Below, piece by piece: positions 17,597 through 26,886 of a stretch of DNA of 51,360 nt. The first letter of the stretch is position 1. Every line of letters starts with the position of its first letter. The DNA is from a virus, in IMG/VR virus record IMGVR_UViG_3300045988_172722, positions 1 to 51,360 of that record; one strand, 5' to 3'. The position numbers and the translations under genes were made by a program. The notes beneath the pieces are model-generated. The model saw only the letters and a program-made list of their open reading frames with translations, searched no databases and was not told where the DNA came from.

Positions 17597-20119
17597 ATGA
17601 TACCTCCTAAATATAAATATTATGTAGGAAAAGCCGTTTTATTTGGCATGAGAGAAAATACTAATATAGATAATTCTAATGGCCAAGAAATATCTAGCGC
17701 TGGTTATTGTGCATCTTATTCTATTTATGTGAATTCATTAACTATTTATATAAATACACGCCCCATTGATTTTTCTAATATAGATACTAATAGAATATAT
17801 ATCCACTGCTATAATGGTTCTATATATTTAGGATATATATATACTACAGGAAGTGAAATTGTTATGTTGAAAGATAATACTACAAGTATAAGACTTTCTT
17901 TCAAAGCAGATAATATTGATATATATTCAAAAATAAACAATAATATTAATGCCGTTTATATTATAAGTAATATTAATCCTCACTATAAGCAGCTTAATAA
18001 AAAATATTCTAAAGAAAGTAGCCAAGAATTTTTTAGAGTATCACTCGATGGAAAAATAGTTTTGTATGGTAATGACTATGAGATAATTAAAAATTCAGAT
18101 TTGGATGATAGTTTTATATTTATAATTAATAAATATAGTATAAATGCATGGGCTGAATATTATAAAGGAGAATTTACAAAAGTAGATTGCAAGTTTGATT
18201 ATGATAAAAAGTCATGTGAGCTTAAAACTACTGTATTAGATGATTATAATAAAGTAATGAGTGGGTATGAAAATACTTATGATATTATTAAATTAGCACC
18301 TGCTATTACTAAAATCAATATATATAAACGGTCATTGATTCAAGTATATGTTCAAGGATCAAATTCTATAACTAATTTTTTTGGTGGTACTTATTGGGAA
18401 GGTAATGTAAATAGGGTAATAGATGATTATAATGCATTAAGAGGTGATTATCATTTTTCATACATTAAATCCGGTAATGAATTTGAAATTAAAGGGTCAT
18501 CACTCCAAGGAGTAAATGGAGTATATGCAGGAAACAATGGAAGTTGGCAATGCTGGAATGGATTTTCTGCGTATGCACAAAAAATAGGAATAAGTGGAAC
18601 AACCGGCAAAATAATAGTAAAAAGAAATTCTGATAATAAAGATCTTTATCAAACTGATATTATAAATATAAATTTTTATGCAGACGATGTATTTTTTACA
18701 TCCCACGTAGATATAAATATGACCGCTATTGAAGGAAATGGTATTGTTTCTGATACATGCATAATGAGTAACGTATTTGCATATAGAATATTTCAGCGTC
18801 TTTTATGCGACATAGATACAGTTACAGATTCACAAGGTGTAAAAAATACATACAATTTACCACAAAATGATTTCGTTGCAGATAATAGAAATTATAAAAA
18901 ATGTATAGGCTTAAGAGGTGGATTATTCTTTTGTACATCAAGAACTGTAGAAGAACCAACAAAATATGGTTTGAATGATTATGGCCGATATTTTACAAAT
19001 AAGTTTTTACCTTTGAGTTCTGGTCTAGGTAGGCCTTTGCCTATAAGTAGAAATTCATGGGCAAATGCATCACTATGGTATATATATGATGATTTAACAT
19101 ACGCATATTTTGAAGAACAACTAAGAAAACAATATGTTTTAAAAGATAGTTATTCTATAGCTTCTGTTATAAGCGTATTACTTAAAAAAATAAATCCAAT
19201 ATTAACGCATGAAGCAACACCAGAATATAGTCGTTTTTTATATGATAGTTCTGTTCCAATATATGGCATGAGTAGATTTTATGTATTTATAACGCAAAAA
19301 ACAAATATACTTAAAGGTAATTATGATCAAGCAGCTCAAAAAGCAGAAACATCGTTGAAGAATATAATGGAAATGTTGCGCGATTGTTTCAGATGTTATT
19401 GGTACATAGAAGATAATAAATTTAAAATAGAACATATAAGTTTTTTCATGAATGGCAAAAGTTATTCTGAGCAGACGAGTTTTCAATTAGATTTTACAAA
19501 AGCAACAGATCAATTTAATAAAAAATTAGTGCAATATTTCCAATCTGCTGTAGAATATATAAAAGATGATCTTAATCAAAGATATGAATTTAGCTGGATG
19601 GATGATGTTACAGAATTATTCGGTAATGTTTCTATAGATGTAAAGTCTAATTATATACAAAAAGATAAAAATGAAGAAATATCTATAAATCAATTTTCAT
19701 CAGATGTAGATTATATGATATTTAATCCATCTAACTTTTCAGAAGATGGTTTTGCACTTTTATGTCCTGTTAAAAATGATTCAATATATGAATTACCCGT
19801 AATTACTACTAGTTTAATAGATGAAAATGGAGATAGTTATAGTGCTATAGCTCAAAATTGGTATGCGTCATGGGCTTATCTAGTTAATTTTTACATGTAT
19901 GATATGCCAGCACGTAATATAGAATGTAGTATTTTAAGTGATTTATATGTAATAGACATAAAAAAATGTATGAAGCATACTATAGAAATCCCAATAGAAG
20001 AAGATTTGGATGAATATGAACTTATTAAAACCAATATAGGAAATGGTAAAATAGATGAATTTTCAGTAAATATAGATACTAGGCTTGCAAAAATTAATTT
20101 ACTCTATAAGCCACGATAA
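17597..20119 (+). CDS. Putative distal tail / baseplate protein
   Basis: This is an 840-aa ORF directly after the tape measure gene. It is very AT-rich and rich in N/I/Y. Confidence 0.5.
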   Translation: MIPPKYKYYVGKAVLFGMRENTNIDNSNGQEISSAGYCASYSIYVNSLTIYINTRPIDFSNIDTNRIYIHCYNGSIYLGYIYTTGSEIVMLKDNTTSIRLSFKADNIDIYSKINNNINAVYIISNINPHYKQLNKKYSKESSQEFFRVSLDGKIVLYGNDYEIIKNSDLDDSFIFIINKYSINAWAEYYKGEFTKVDCKFDYDKKSCELKTTVLDDYNKVMSGYENTYDIIKLAPAITKINIYKRSLIQVYVQGSNSITNFFGGTYWEGNVNRVIDDYNALRGDYHFSYIKSGNEFEIKGSSLQGVNGVYAGNNGSWQCWNGFSAYAQKIGISGTTGKIIVKRNSDNKDLYQTDIININFYADDVFFTSHVDINMTAIEGNGIVSDTCIMSNVFAYRIFQRLLCDIDTVTDSQGVKNTYNLPQNDFVADNRNYKKCIGLRGGLFFCTSRTVEEPTKYGLNDYGRYFTNKFLPLSSGLGRPLPISRNSWANASLWYIYDDLTYAYFEEQLRKQYVLKDSYSIASVISVLLKKINPILTHEATPEYSRFLYDSSVPIYGMSRFYVFITQKTNILKGNYDQAAQKAETSLKNIMEMLRDCFRCYWYIEDNKFKIEHISFFMNGKSYSEQTSFQLDFTKATDQFNKKLVQYFQSAVEYIKDDLNQRYEFSWMDDVTELFGNVSIDVKSNYIQKDKNEEISINQFSSDVDYMIFNPSNFSEDGFALLCPVKNDSIYELPVITTSLIDENGDSYSAIAQNWYASWAYLVNFYMYDMPARNIECSILSDLYVIDIKKCMKHTIEIPIEEDLDEYELIKTNIGNGKIDEFSVNIDTRLAKINLLYKPR

Positions 20120-20164
20120 ATTAAGTATTAAATTTTATTAAGAAATTTTCTCTTTACAGAAATT

Positions 20165-20178
20165 TTTTATTATATTCG
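20165..20178 (+). promoter_or_regulatory. Possible promoter -7 box TATATTCG (20171-20178)
   Basis: It has the same TATATTCGCA core as the element at 4324-4333. It ends only 4 nt before ATG 20183, which would imply a leaderless or very short-leader mRNA, so it may be a chance match. Confidence 0.25.
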
Positions 20179-20182
20179 CAAT

Positions 20183-21037
20183 ATGAAGTTAGTAAATAAT
20201 AACATATCGCCATTGCCGTTTTACGATAATCTTGCTTTGCAAAATCATCGTAAAGATTATGCATACGGCCAAGTTTACCCGCTTATAACCTATAAGAATA
20301 TGTTATTGCCATTTCAAGTAGTTCTTGCAAGTGGAACATCAGTAAACTGGGTTAGATTATATGACTTTAATACTGGTAAATACGCAGATATTACTACTAA
20401 TATGAAAGAAAATGGCTTAGCTATTAAGTCATATACTGGCTTCAAGCTTCTTAAATATCCTGGAACTCTTCCAGTAATTGGAATAAAGCATGAAGGTCGA
20501 TACTATCTAGCAATATATATATCTGGTCTTGGAACTATATACTCAGATGTATTCACAGTCTGTAATAAGGCGGATGATTATCTTCTTATTGAGTATTACA
20601 ACTCATATAACTTTGAGCTTAAAAACGGCATAGTAGATTTTTCTGATAATTTTAAATTTAGGTGCTATCTTAATACACAAATAGGTAAACCTGAATATGA
20701 CTTTGAAGAAGAAGCGACCGATAGAATGGGTTATACATTCATCGAAAGCCAAGTAAGTAAGAAGATATATAAGTTTACATTCTTAGCCCCAGAATATCTA
20801 TGCGATGCTCTTAGGATTGTAAGACTTTGCGAAAGTAAGCAAATTACCAGTAAGCTACAAACCTATGATTTGACTACATTTAATATGGAGCCAGATTGGG
20901 AAGACCAAGGGGATTTGGCTTCTGTTGAATGTGAATTTGAGACAGATACAGTTATAGCTAATATAGGAGGTTATACTCCAGAATTGGCCGGTGGGGACTT
21001 TAACGAAAATTTCAATAACGATTTTGATATAGAATAA
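20183..21037 (+). CDS. Hypothetical tail protein
   Basis: This is a 284-aa ORF between the distal tail protein and the tail fibre. Confidence 0.5.
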   Translation: MKLVNNNISPLPFYDNLALQNHRKDYAYGQVYPLITYKNMLLPFQVVLASGTSVNWVRLYDFNTGKYADITTNMKENGLAIKSYTGFKLLKYPGTLPVIGIKHEGRYYLAIYISGLGTIYSDVFTVCNKADDYLLIEYYNSYNFELKNGIVDFSDNFKFRCYLNTQIGKPEYDFEEEATDRMGYTFIESQVSKKIYKFTFLAPEYLCDALRIVRLCESKQITSKLQTYDLTTFNMEPDWEDQGDLASVECEFETDTVIANIGGYTPELAGGDFNENFNNDFDIE

Positions 21038-21039
21038 TT

Positions 21040-23787
21040 ATGGCAAATTGGGCAGTATTAAAAGCAGCAATAGCTGACGTTATAAAAACAAATGACAACC
21101 AGGAGATTACTGGTGCTGCGTTGCAAAGTACTTTGCTTGCAATGATTAATAGTTTGGGAAGTAATTACCAATTTGTAGGCATTGCGGAAACAAATACAAA
21201 CCCAGGGACACCGGACCAAAATGTTTTTTATTTGGCGGGAGAGGGGACATATATAAATTTTTCAAATTTAACGATTGATATAGGTCAAATAGGTGTTTTA
21301 AAATGGGACGGTTCTTGGAGTAAACAAGTTTTGGAAGTTGGTTCCGGTGGCGGTAATATGATTTTAGATTGGAACACAGATATTGCAACTACAAGAAAGC
21401 AAGTTTTAGCAAAATACAGAAAGCCCGGAATACAGATAAGCTATAAAGAACCTCAAGAAGGGTGGATAAATGAACAATACATAGGGACATTGATAACTGA
21501 TGTTGAATGGGTTAAAAATAATAATTGGAAACAAATTCCTAATCAAAAAAGTTTATTAGAAATAGATAAAAAAATATTAAGGTTAGAATTTGTATCAAGT
21601 CAAAACCTTTTAATATTAAACGGCGGTAATTTAGCACCATCTAATGATGAAAATTTGTTTTTATACATATATAGAATTGTTAGTGATGGGAATGTTAACA
21701 GTTCTTTGGTATTAAGCAATTTAATATCTGATATTAATGTTTCTTATGGAGCTTTCTGTTCCTATGCAATATACAACAGTGAAAATATAAACCGCGGTTC
21801 TTTAATATCTATTGGGGAGAGAATAAACAACGGAGCAACTTATATATCGGATAATGACATTATAGAAATTGATAAAACGGCAAAAATATTATGCGTCGCT
21901 GGCACTATAGATGGCCCATTAGTATCATTATTTAATAAAAATAGTTTAGAAAGTTTGCAGGGATTAAATGAAAAATATAGTGATAATATTTTAAAATCAA
22001 AAGTTTTGAAAATAATAGATAAAACTAAATTTTTTAACACCTATTTAAAAAATGACAGTTTTATCGCCCCGGATAAATATACATTAAGTGCTATTATATC
22101 AACATCAGCGTTATCAGGAGGGGAAATTTTTTCAATAGGCAATATATCAATTAGTAGGGTTAATTATTTGCCATCATTAAATGTAACAATTGCTGATAAT
22201 TCTGAATTAATAGAAATACCAGCATATATGCACTATTATAAATTAGATGTTTCTTTTAATGGAAACGATGCAAAATTAAAAATTTACATTAATGGAGTTT
22301 TAAAGAAAGAGATTGACACTTCGGAATTTTCAGTCGATCCAAACAATTTAAATATTTTTAAAACTGAAAATAACATAGGAATAAATGTTGTAAGGATGTA
22401 TAATGTATGTTTGTCGGATGATGAAATATTTAATGATGATTTATATAATTTAACTTCTTTGCCAACATTATTTTGGCTTTGTGTTTCAGATATAGATGTG
22501 AATAAAAGAAATGCTTTGGGTGGATATTTTTCATTTGGTGGAAGTAGCAGCCAAACATTAAAAGAAATAGATTTGACAAATAGTTATGAAATTCAATTCA
22601 ATTCTCTTTTTAATTGGAAAAGCGATATACCGGAATTTACAACTAATGATAGAAATTTTCTAAGAATTATATCCGGTCAAATACCTATTTGTGGATTTAA
22701 GAGAGTATATATTGATTCAAAATTAACACACCCATCTTCTACTACAGGTATTTACATGGAATTCACGTTGTTAAATAGAGAAGTAGTAAAAATAGAAGAT
22801 GATTTATCAGCAAAATGGGTAGATGTACCAAAAAATTCCGTATCTGTTAAAGTAGCTATAAACTATAACGGTGGATTGTTTTTAGGAGAAGCCGAAAGTA
22901 TAAGTGATTTTAATGAAAAAAACAAAATTTCAAATTTAGTTTATAATAATTTTATAACAAATTTCGGCTACAAATCTTGTCTTATACTCGGAGACTCTTG
23001 GAGTGATAGTGTAGCAGGTTTAAAACCTTGGGTTTCTATTCTTTCGTCTATTCTTAATATAGAAAATTCAAACATTTGTTGTGTCGCAAAATCGGGAAGA
23101 CAATGCAAGTCAGTGCAAGGAAGTCAATATACTGGTCATCCGTTAACAGGAGGACAAACGGGTTATGTTGCTATAAATGGGACAGAGAATTGCGATTTGC
23201 AAAATCAAGTATTGTTGGTTAAGAGATTGTATGAAGGAGATAAACAAGAAAGTGAAAGTATTATTTTCAACGAGGATTTACAACCCGATGTTTGTATAAT
23301 AGCTATTGGAACAAATGATGCTGTTGATGAAAATAATTCATATGAATTTATTGAAAATCAAATAATGACAAATCAGTCAACGTCTGTTGGTTATGTTCCT
23401 AAGCCATTAGACGAAGTTGATTGTACAAATTTCGCAGGAGCTATTTATTTTGCAGCGCAAACGCTTTATGACTTGTTCCCTAAAACATTAGTTGTATATT
23501 GTTTGCCTCCACAGACTAATTTAAACAATAAAGATCAAAGAGATAAGGGGTTGCAAATAGAACGTGTATGTAACAGGCTTGGAATACCAACTATTAATTG
23601 GTATTCAGGATGTGGATTTACAACTTTAACGTGTCCAATTATAAACCAAGATGGCAATTATAAAGTAAGAGGCGATGGAGATATGAGTTCAGATGGTCTG
23701 CATCCGTCAACGCAAGGTTATTATAAATTAGGTAATTATACAGCAAAAAAAATAATGAGTATTAACCCTTTTAGCGGTATTAAGTAA
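21040..23787 (+). CDS. Tail fibre / receptor-binding protein with a C-terminal SGNH (GDSL) hydrolase domain
   Basis: The N-terminal MANWAVLKAAIADVIKTNDNQEITGAALQSTLL...VFYLAGEGTYINF resembles conserved tail-fibre N-termini of Bacteroidota phages (from memory). A central lectin/LamG-like stretch is present (KLKIYINGVLKKEID...VRMYNVCLSDDEI). The C-terminal SGNH blocks are LILGDSWSD (block I), IAIGTNDA (block III) and SDGLHPS (DxxH, block V). Confidence 0.75.
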   Translation: MANWAVLKAAIADVIKTNDNQEITGAALQSTLLAMINSLGSNYQFVGIAETNTNPGTPDQNVFYLAGEGTYINFSNLTIDIGQIGVLKWDGSWSKQVLEVGSGGGNMILDWNTDIATTRKQVLAKYRKPGIQISYKEPQEGWINEQYIGTLITDVEWVKNNNWKQIPNQKSLLEIDKKILRLEFVSSQNLLILNGGNLAPSNDENLFLYIYRIVSDGNVNSSLVLSNLISDINVSYGAFCSYAIYNSENINRGSLISIGERINNGATYISDNDIIEIDKTAKILCVAGTIDGPLVSLFNKNSLESLQGLNEKYSDNILKSKVLKIIDKTKFFNTYLKNDSFIAPDKYTLSAIISTSALSGGEIFSIGNISISRVNYLPSLNVTIADNSELIEIPAYMHYYKLDVSFNGNDAKLKIYINGVLKKEIDTSEFSVDPNNLNIFKTENNIGINVVRMYNVCLSDDEIFNDDLYNLTSLPTLFWLCVSDIDVNKRNALGGYFSFGGSSSQTLKEIDLTNSYEIQFNSLFNWKSDIPEFTTNDRNFLRIISGQIPICGFKRVYIDSKLTHPSSTTGIYMEFTLLNREVVKIEDDLSAKWVDVPKNSVSVKVAINYNGGLFLGEAESISDFNEKNKISNLVYNNFITNFGYKSCLILGDSWSDSVAGLKPWVSILSSILNIENSNICCVAKSGRQCKSVQGSQYTGHPLTGGQTGYVAINGTENCDLQNQVLLVKRLYEGDKQESESIIFNEDLQPDVCIIAIGTNDAVDENNSYEFIENQIMTNQSTSVGYVPKPLDEVDCTNFAGAIYFAAQTLYDLFPKTLVVYCLPPQTNLNNKDQRDKGLQIERVCNRLGIPTINWYSGCGFTTLTCPIINQDGNYKVRGDGDMSSDGLHPSTQGYYKLGNYTAKKIMSINPFSGIK

Positions 23788-23959
23788 TGGAAAGAATTAT
23801 GAATTGGGAACAATGGCGTATAATCGCCATTTCCGCGATTAGTCCAATATTCGGGTATTTGACCCCCGACAAAAGGTTTTTGTTTATGCGTTAGTAGTAA
23901 TGTTTGCGTTCAATATATAGGCGGGAATGAGGGCGGACGGTGTGGCGATTGTGCGATGA
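23787..23959 (+). pseudogene. Decayed remnant of a small membrane (holin-like) gene
   Basis: ATG 23787 overlaps the fibre stop (TAATG) and gives MERIMNWEQWRIIAISAISPIFGYLTPDKRFLFMR before a TAG. Another frame continues as VFVYALVVMFAFNI-TAG-AGMRADGVAIVR-TGA. So there is one frameshift near an A4/T5 run plus an in-frame TAG where TGG (Trp) would fit. The region is more GC-rich than its flanks. Confidence 0.5.
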
Positions 23960-24194
23960 AATTTAAAAATAATTTCTGCTAGATTCACCTTTTTATAATT
24001 GACAATAACAAAATATAGCAGAGAGTTTGAAGATTCTTTATATTTACACAAAAATATATTTTCTGCGCAGGAGTATAGATAATTAACTTAAGTATTAACA
24101 ATTAAAAATTTCTAAAATTATAGGAAATTTTGATGTCGAAAAGACAATTGTAGTTCCGGACAGCGGAGGCGCTGGGAATAACTTCCTAGCAGGT

Positions 24195-25133
24195 ATGCTT
24201 GCATCTGCTTGTCAGTCTAAAGGCCTTGATGCCAATGCAGTAATGGCTTTGTGTGGAAACAGAAATGGTTCATTTGGAAATGGCTGGGATGGTATTATCG
24301 CTCTTATTGTCATTGCCGCAATCTTCGGAGGAAATGGCAATGGTTTGTTCGGCAGTAATAACAACAACAGCACAGAACGCCAGATGCTCATGGATGCAAT
24401 TCAGCGTAATGGTGTTGGTATTAGTCAGTTGGCAAGCACTTTGAATTGCTCTGTTGGTCAGATACAGGCCGCTATCCAGCAAGTTGCTAGCCAGATATGC
24501 AATGTAGGTAATCAGGTTGGTATGACCGGTCAGCAGATTATTAACTCAATTCAACAAGGTAATATGGCTCTTACTCAGCAAATCTGTAATTGCTGCTGCG
24601 ATATCAAAACAGGTATCAAGGACCAGACTATTGCATTGCAAGGAGAGCTTAACAGTGTTAATCGCAGCGTTGAACGCGGCTTTGCTGACATCGGCTATGC
24701 AACTCGTGACCAGACTTGCAATATTGAAAAAGCTATTCAGGCATCTACTGAGTCAATTCTTGCTGGTCAGCGTGCCGCTGAGATGCGTGAAATGCAGCGC
24801 GAAATTTCTGAACGTGACCGTCGAATCGCTGAACAGGCTGTTATCATCAATAATGCACAGCAGTCAGCTGCTTTTGCTCAAATGATTGGCCAGGCTGTAG
24901 CTCCTTTGAATGCCGGTATCAATTCTCTTAATACAGAGATTGCAGGCATTAAGTGTCACTTGCCAGAAACTAAGGTAATTCCTTGTGGAGATAATTATGT
25001 AAAAGTTAATACCGGCTTTAACATTCCTCTTCAAGTATCACCTGCCGCATACGGTGCATGTGGAGCGTTTGGTGGCTATGGCTATCCTTGGGGTTACGGA
25101 TATAACTGCGGTAATAATGGCGGTTGGGGTTAA
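24195..25133 (+). CDS. Gly/Cys/Gln-rich membrane-anchored coiled-coil protein (unknown function)
   Basis: The 312-aa product has a Gly/Asn-rich N-terminus, one hydrophobic helix (GIIALIVIAAIFGG), a long Q/I/N-rich helical region with 12 Cys including a CNCCC cluster, and the C-terminal GAFGGYGYPWGYGYNCGNNGGWG. The frame stays open 96 nt upstream, back to 24099. Confidence 0.7.
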   Translation: MLASACQSKGLDANAVMALCGNRNGSFGNGWDGIIALIVIAAIFGGNGNGLFGSNNNNSTERQMLMDAIQRNGVGISQLASTLNCSVGQIQAAIQQVASQICNVGNQVGMTGQQIINSIQQGNMALTQQICNCCCDIKTGIKDQTIALQGELNSVNRSVERGFADIGYATRDQTCNIEKAIQASTESILAGQRAAEMREMQREISERDRRIAEQAVIINNAQQSAAFAQMIGQAVAPLNAGINSLNTEIAGIKCHLPETKVIPCGDNYVKVNTGFNIPLQVSPAAYGACGAFGGYGYPWGYGYNCGNNGGWG

Positions 25134-25152
25134 TTAAAGAAAGGAGGCTATT

Positions 25153-25518
25153 ATGTCATATCCTATTAACCCTTACATACTCGCTAATAGCCAAGGTATT
25201 CCACGTCTTCAAGCAAATTCAGTAACAGTTAATACTTCAGATGTACGCTTTAGTTTTCAGAACCATAGATTTCTTAATGCTCCTTTTGTCGGATTGATAC
25301 TATTCAAATTGCCTTCTATTCCTACAGGAACAACAGCAACTTTGCCAGTAGTATTTGCAACAAATGGAAATAATCAAGCAGCTATCAACTATGAAACTGG
25401 AGCTCCTTTAACAGTAGCTGATGTTGCAAGAGCAGGTATATTCTTAGCTATTTACGACTCAGAAGATGGAACTCTGTATGTATTTCCAACAGCAGCGGCT
25501 ACAACCGCGACTACGTAA
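25153..25518 (+). CDS. Hypothetical protein
   Basis: This is a 121-aa ORF 19 nt after the previous stop, with an AGGAGG-like GAAAGGAGG just upstream. The composition looks beta-rich and the C-terminal tail is Ala/Thr-rich. Confidence 0.6.
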   Translation: MSYPINPYILANSQGIPRLQANSVTVNTSDVRFSFQNHRFLNAPFVGLILFKLPSIPTGTTATLPVVFATNGNNQAAINYETGAPLTVADVARAGIFLAIYDSEDGTLYVFPTAAATTATT

Positions 25519-25534
25519 TTAAAAATTAAAAATC

Positions 25535-26086
25535 ATGGCTTTTCAAAATCTAAGAACTGGCAGTACAGTTTATATCTTTCATAAAGATAATTCTCCTAAA
25601 TTGGAGATAGGACAGGTTATCGCCGAGCCTAAAATACGGCAGAAATATCCAATTCTAACTCCAGGACAACCTTATGCTGGCTTTATGCCTCAACAGCAAG
25701 AGCAAGTTGTAGATTTGTCCATTAAAATAGGAGACAAAGTTCAGCCCATCGAAGGTTTAACTCCTTCTACTGATATTCAGGATTGTGGCAATGGATTGTT
25801 TGTATCTTGTAATAGAGATGCTGTAAATGCAGAAATAGCAGCATATATGCATAATAGCGAAGTCGCTATAGCAGATGATGTTATCAATGCTCATAGGCAG
25901 ATTATCGAAAGCTGCAAGAACATAATGGTTGTGCTAAATCCTGAAATAGCAGAAAGGCAAAGACTTGAGAAGGAAAACAACGAGTTAAAAACACAGCTGA
26001 AAGAACTTCGTGAGTCACAATCTGAAATGAAAGGTATGATGGCCTCTTTATTAGAGCAATTGGGAAGCCCTGTAAAGAAAAGTTAA
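25535..26086 (+). CDS. Hypothetical protein with a C-terminal coiled coil
   Basis: The ORF is 183 aa. Its C-terminus reads ERQRLEKENNELKTQLKELRESQSEMKGMM. Confidence 0.6.
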   Translation: MAFQNLRTGSTVYIFHKDNSPKLEIGQVIAEPKIRQKYPILTPGQPYAGFMPQQQEQVVDLSIKIGDKVQPIEGLTPSTDIQDCGNGLFVSCNRDAVNAEIAAYMHNSEVAIADDVINAHRQIIESCKNIMVVLNPEIAERQRLEKENNELKTQLKELRESQSEMKGMMASLLEQLGSPVKKS

Positions 26087-26107
26087 ACGTGTAATTTTGT
26101 AGAAAAT

Positions 26108-26389
26108 ATGCCTACGATAATTAAAATCAAAGAGCGCCAGGCTGATAAGCTTTATGAATGTGCAGAAAAAGTGCATAGAGGCGCAAAGAAGCTCATGGAG
26201 TTTATCGAAGATGAAATTCTTGAGTCAGAAGAGTTTGATGAGCGCTACGGTGGTGGCGGTAATGGCGGTGGTACAGGTGGTTATCGCGACGAAGATGATG
26301 ACGACGATGAGGACTACAATGAGCGCCGAGGTGTACCTGGCACTGGTAGATATGGTCGTCGTAGATACGGTCGAGGACGCCGCTACTAA
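26108..26389 (+). CDS. Small low-complexity protein (Gly-rich, poly-Asp, Arg/Gly/Tyr tail)
   Basis: The 93-aa product contains YGGGGNGGGTGGYRDEDDDDDEDYNERRGVPGTGRYGRRRYGRGRRY. It is the last gene before a strong terminator. Confidence 0.55.
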   Translation: MPTIIKIKERQADKLYECAEKVHRGAKKLMEFIEDEILESEEFDERYGGGGNGGGTGGYRDEDDDDDEDYNERRGVPGTGRYGRRRYGRGRRY

Positions 26390-26404
26390 TAACTAATTTC
26401 AACT

Positions 26405-26438
26405 GAGGCCGTACTCATTAAGCACGGCCTCTTTTACT
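26405..26438 (+). terminator. Rho-independent terminator
   Basis: GAGGCCGT (26405-26412) pairs with ACGGCCTC (26424-26431) across an 11-nt loop and is followed by TTTTACTT. Confidence 0.8.
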
Positions 26439-26454
26439 TAAAAAACTTAATAAT

Positions 26455-26886
26455 ATGGCAACAAGAAAAAGATTACCACTTGATATGTATGATGACATAC
26501 CAACGGAAATGAGAAAATACCTTCGGTTTCATGGATGGCATTTTAACAAAAAGGCGTGCGATTTTGCAGTAAGTCTAATGCGCAAAAAGAATGCTTCTAC
26601 TGGTAAGACAGAGAAGATAGAGCCTCTTACAAAAGACCAAGTTGACTCTATGCTTGCGAAATATGGTGTGACTCTAGAAAATAGCGTAGACTACGACTAT
26701 GTGTATGTTGCTAACATGGGAAAAGCTGATTTGCTTAAAAGCAGTATTACCGATGAACAGCATTTAGCTTTATACGTAAAAGATGTAGTCGACGACGTAG
26801 ATGCAGGTGATGGAGAAATAATGCGTGAATGGGATGCTAAAATGACATCCAGAGGTATAGCTGTAGATTGGGAAGAAATTCTATGA
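26455..26886 (+). CDS. Conserved hypothetical phage protein
   Basis: This is a 143-aa ORF. The segment YDYVYVANMGKADLL...DWEEIL looks like a widely distributed phage protein family of unknown function (from memory only). Confidence 0.6.
   Translation: MATRKRLPLDMYDDIPTEMRKYLRFHGWHFNKKACDFAVSLMRKKNASTGKTEKIEPLTKDQVDSMLAKYGVTLENSVDYDYVYVANMGKADLLKSSITDEQHLALYVKDVVDDVDAGDGEIMREWDAKMTSRGIAVDWEEIL

Noticed and set aside
21040-23787. Diversity-generating retroelement targeting the tail fibre
   Set aside because: No reverse transcriptase gene is present, and I noticed no template/variable repeat pair near the fibre 3' end.
23890-23930. In-frame TAG codons as evidence for stop-codon reassignment (as in some gut phages)
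   Set aside because: All other genes, including the late structural genes, read as long uninterrupted ORFs in the standard code. The locus also needs a frameshift. Pseudogenisation is the simpler explanation.
26154-26402. Alternative-frame ORFs (26154-26396 plus strand, 26202-26402 minus strand) overlapping the 93-aa low-complexity gene
   Set aside because: These are products of the repetitive GGT/GAT/CGT-rich DNA. The 26108-26389 frame has the proper start spacing and is followed by the terminator.
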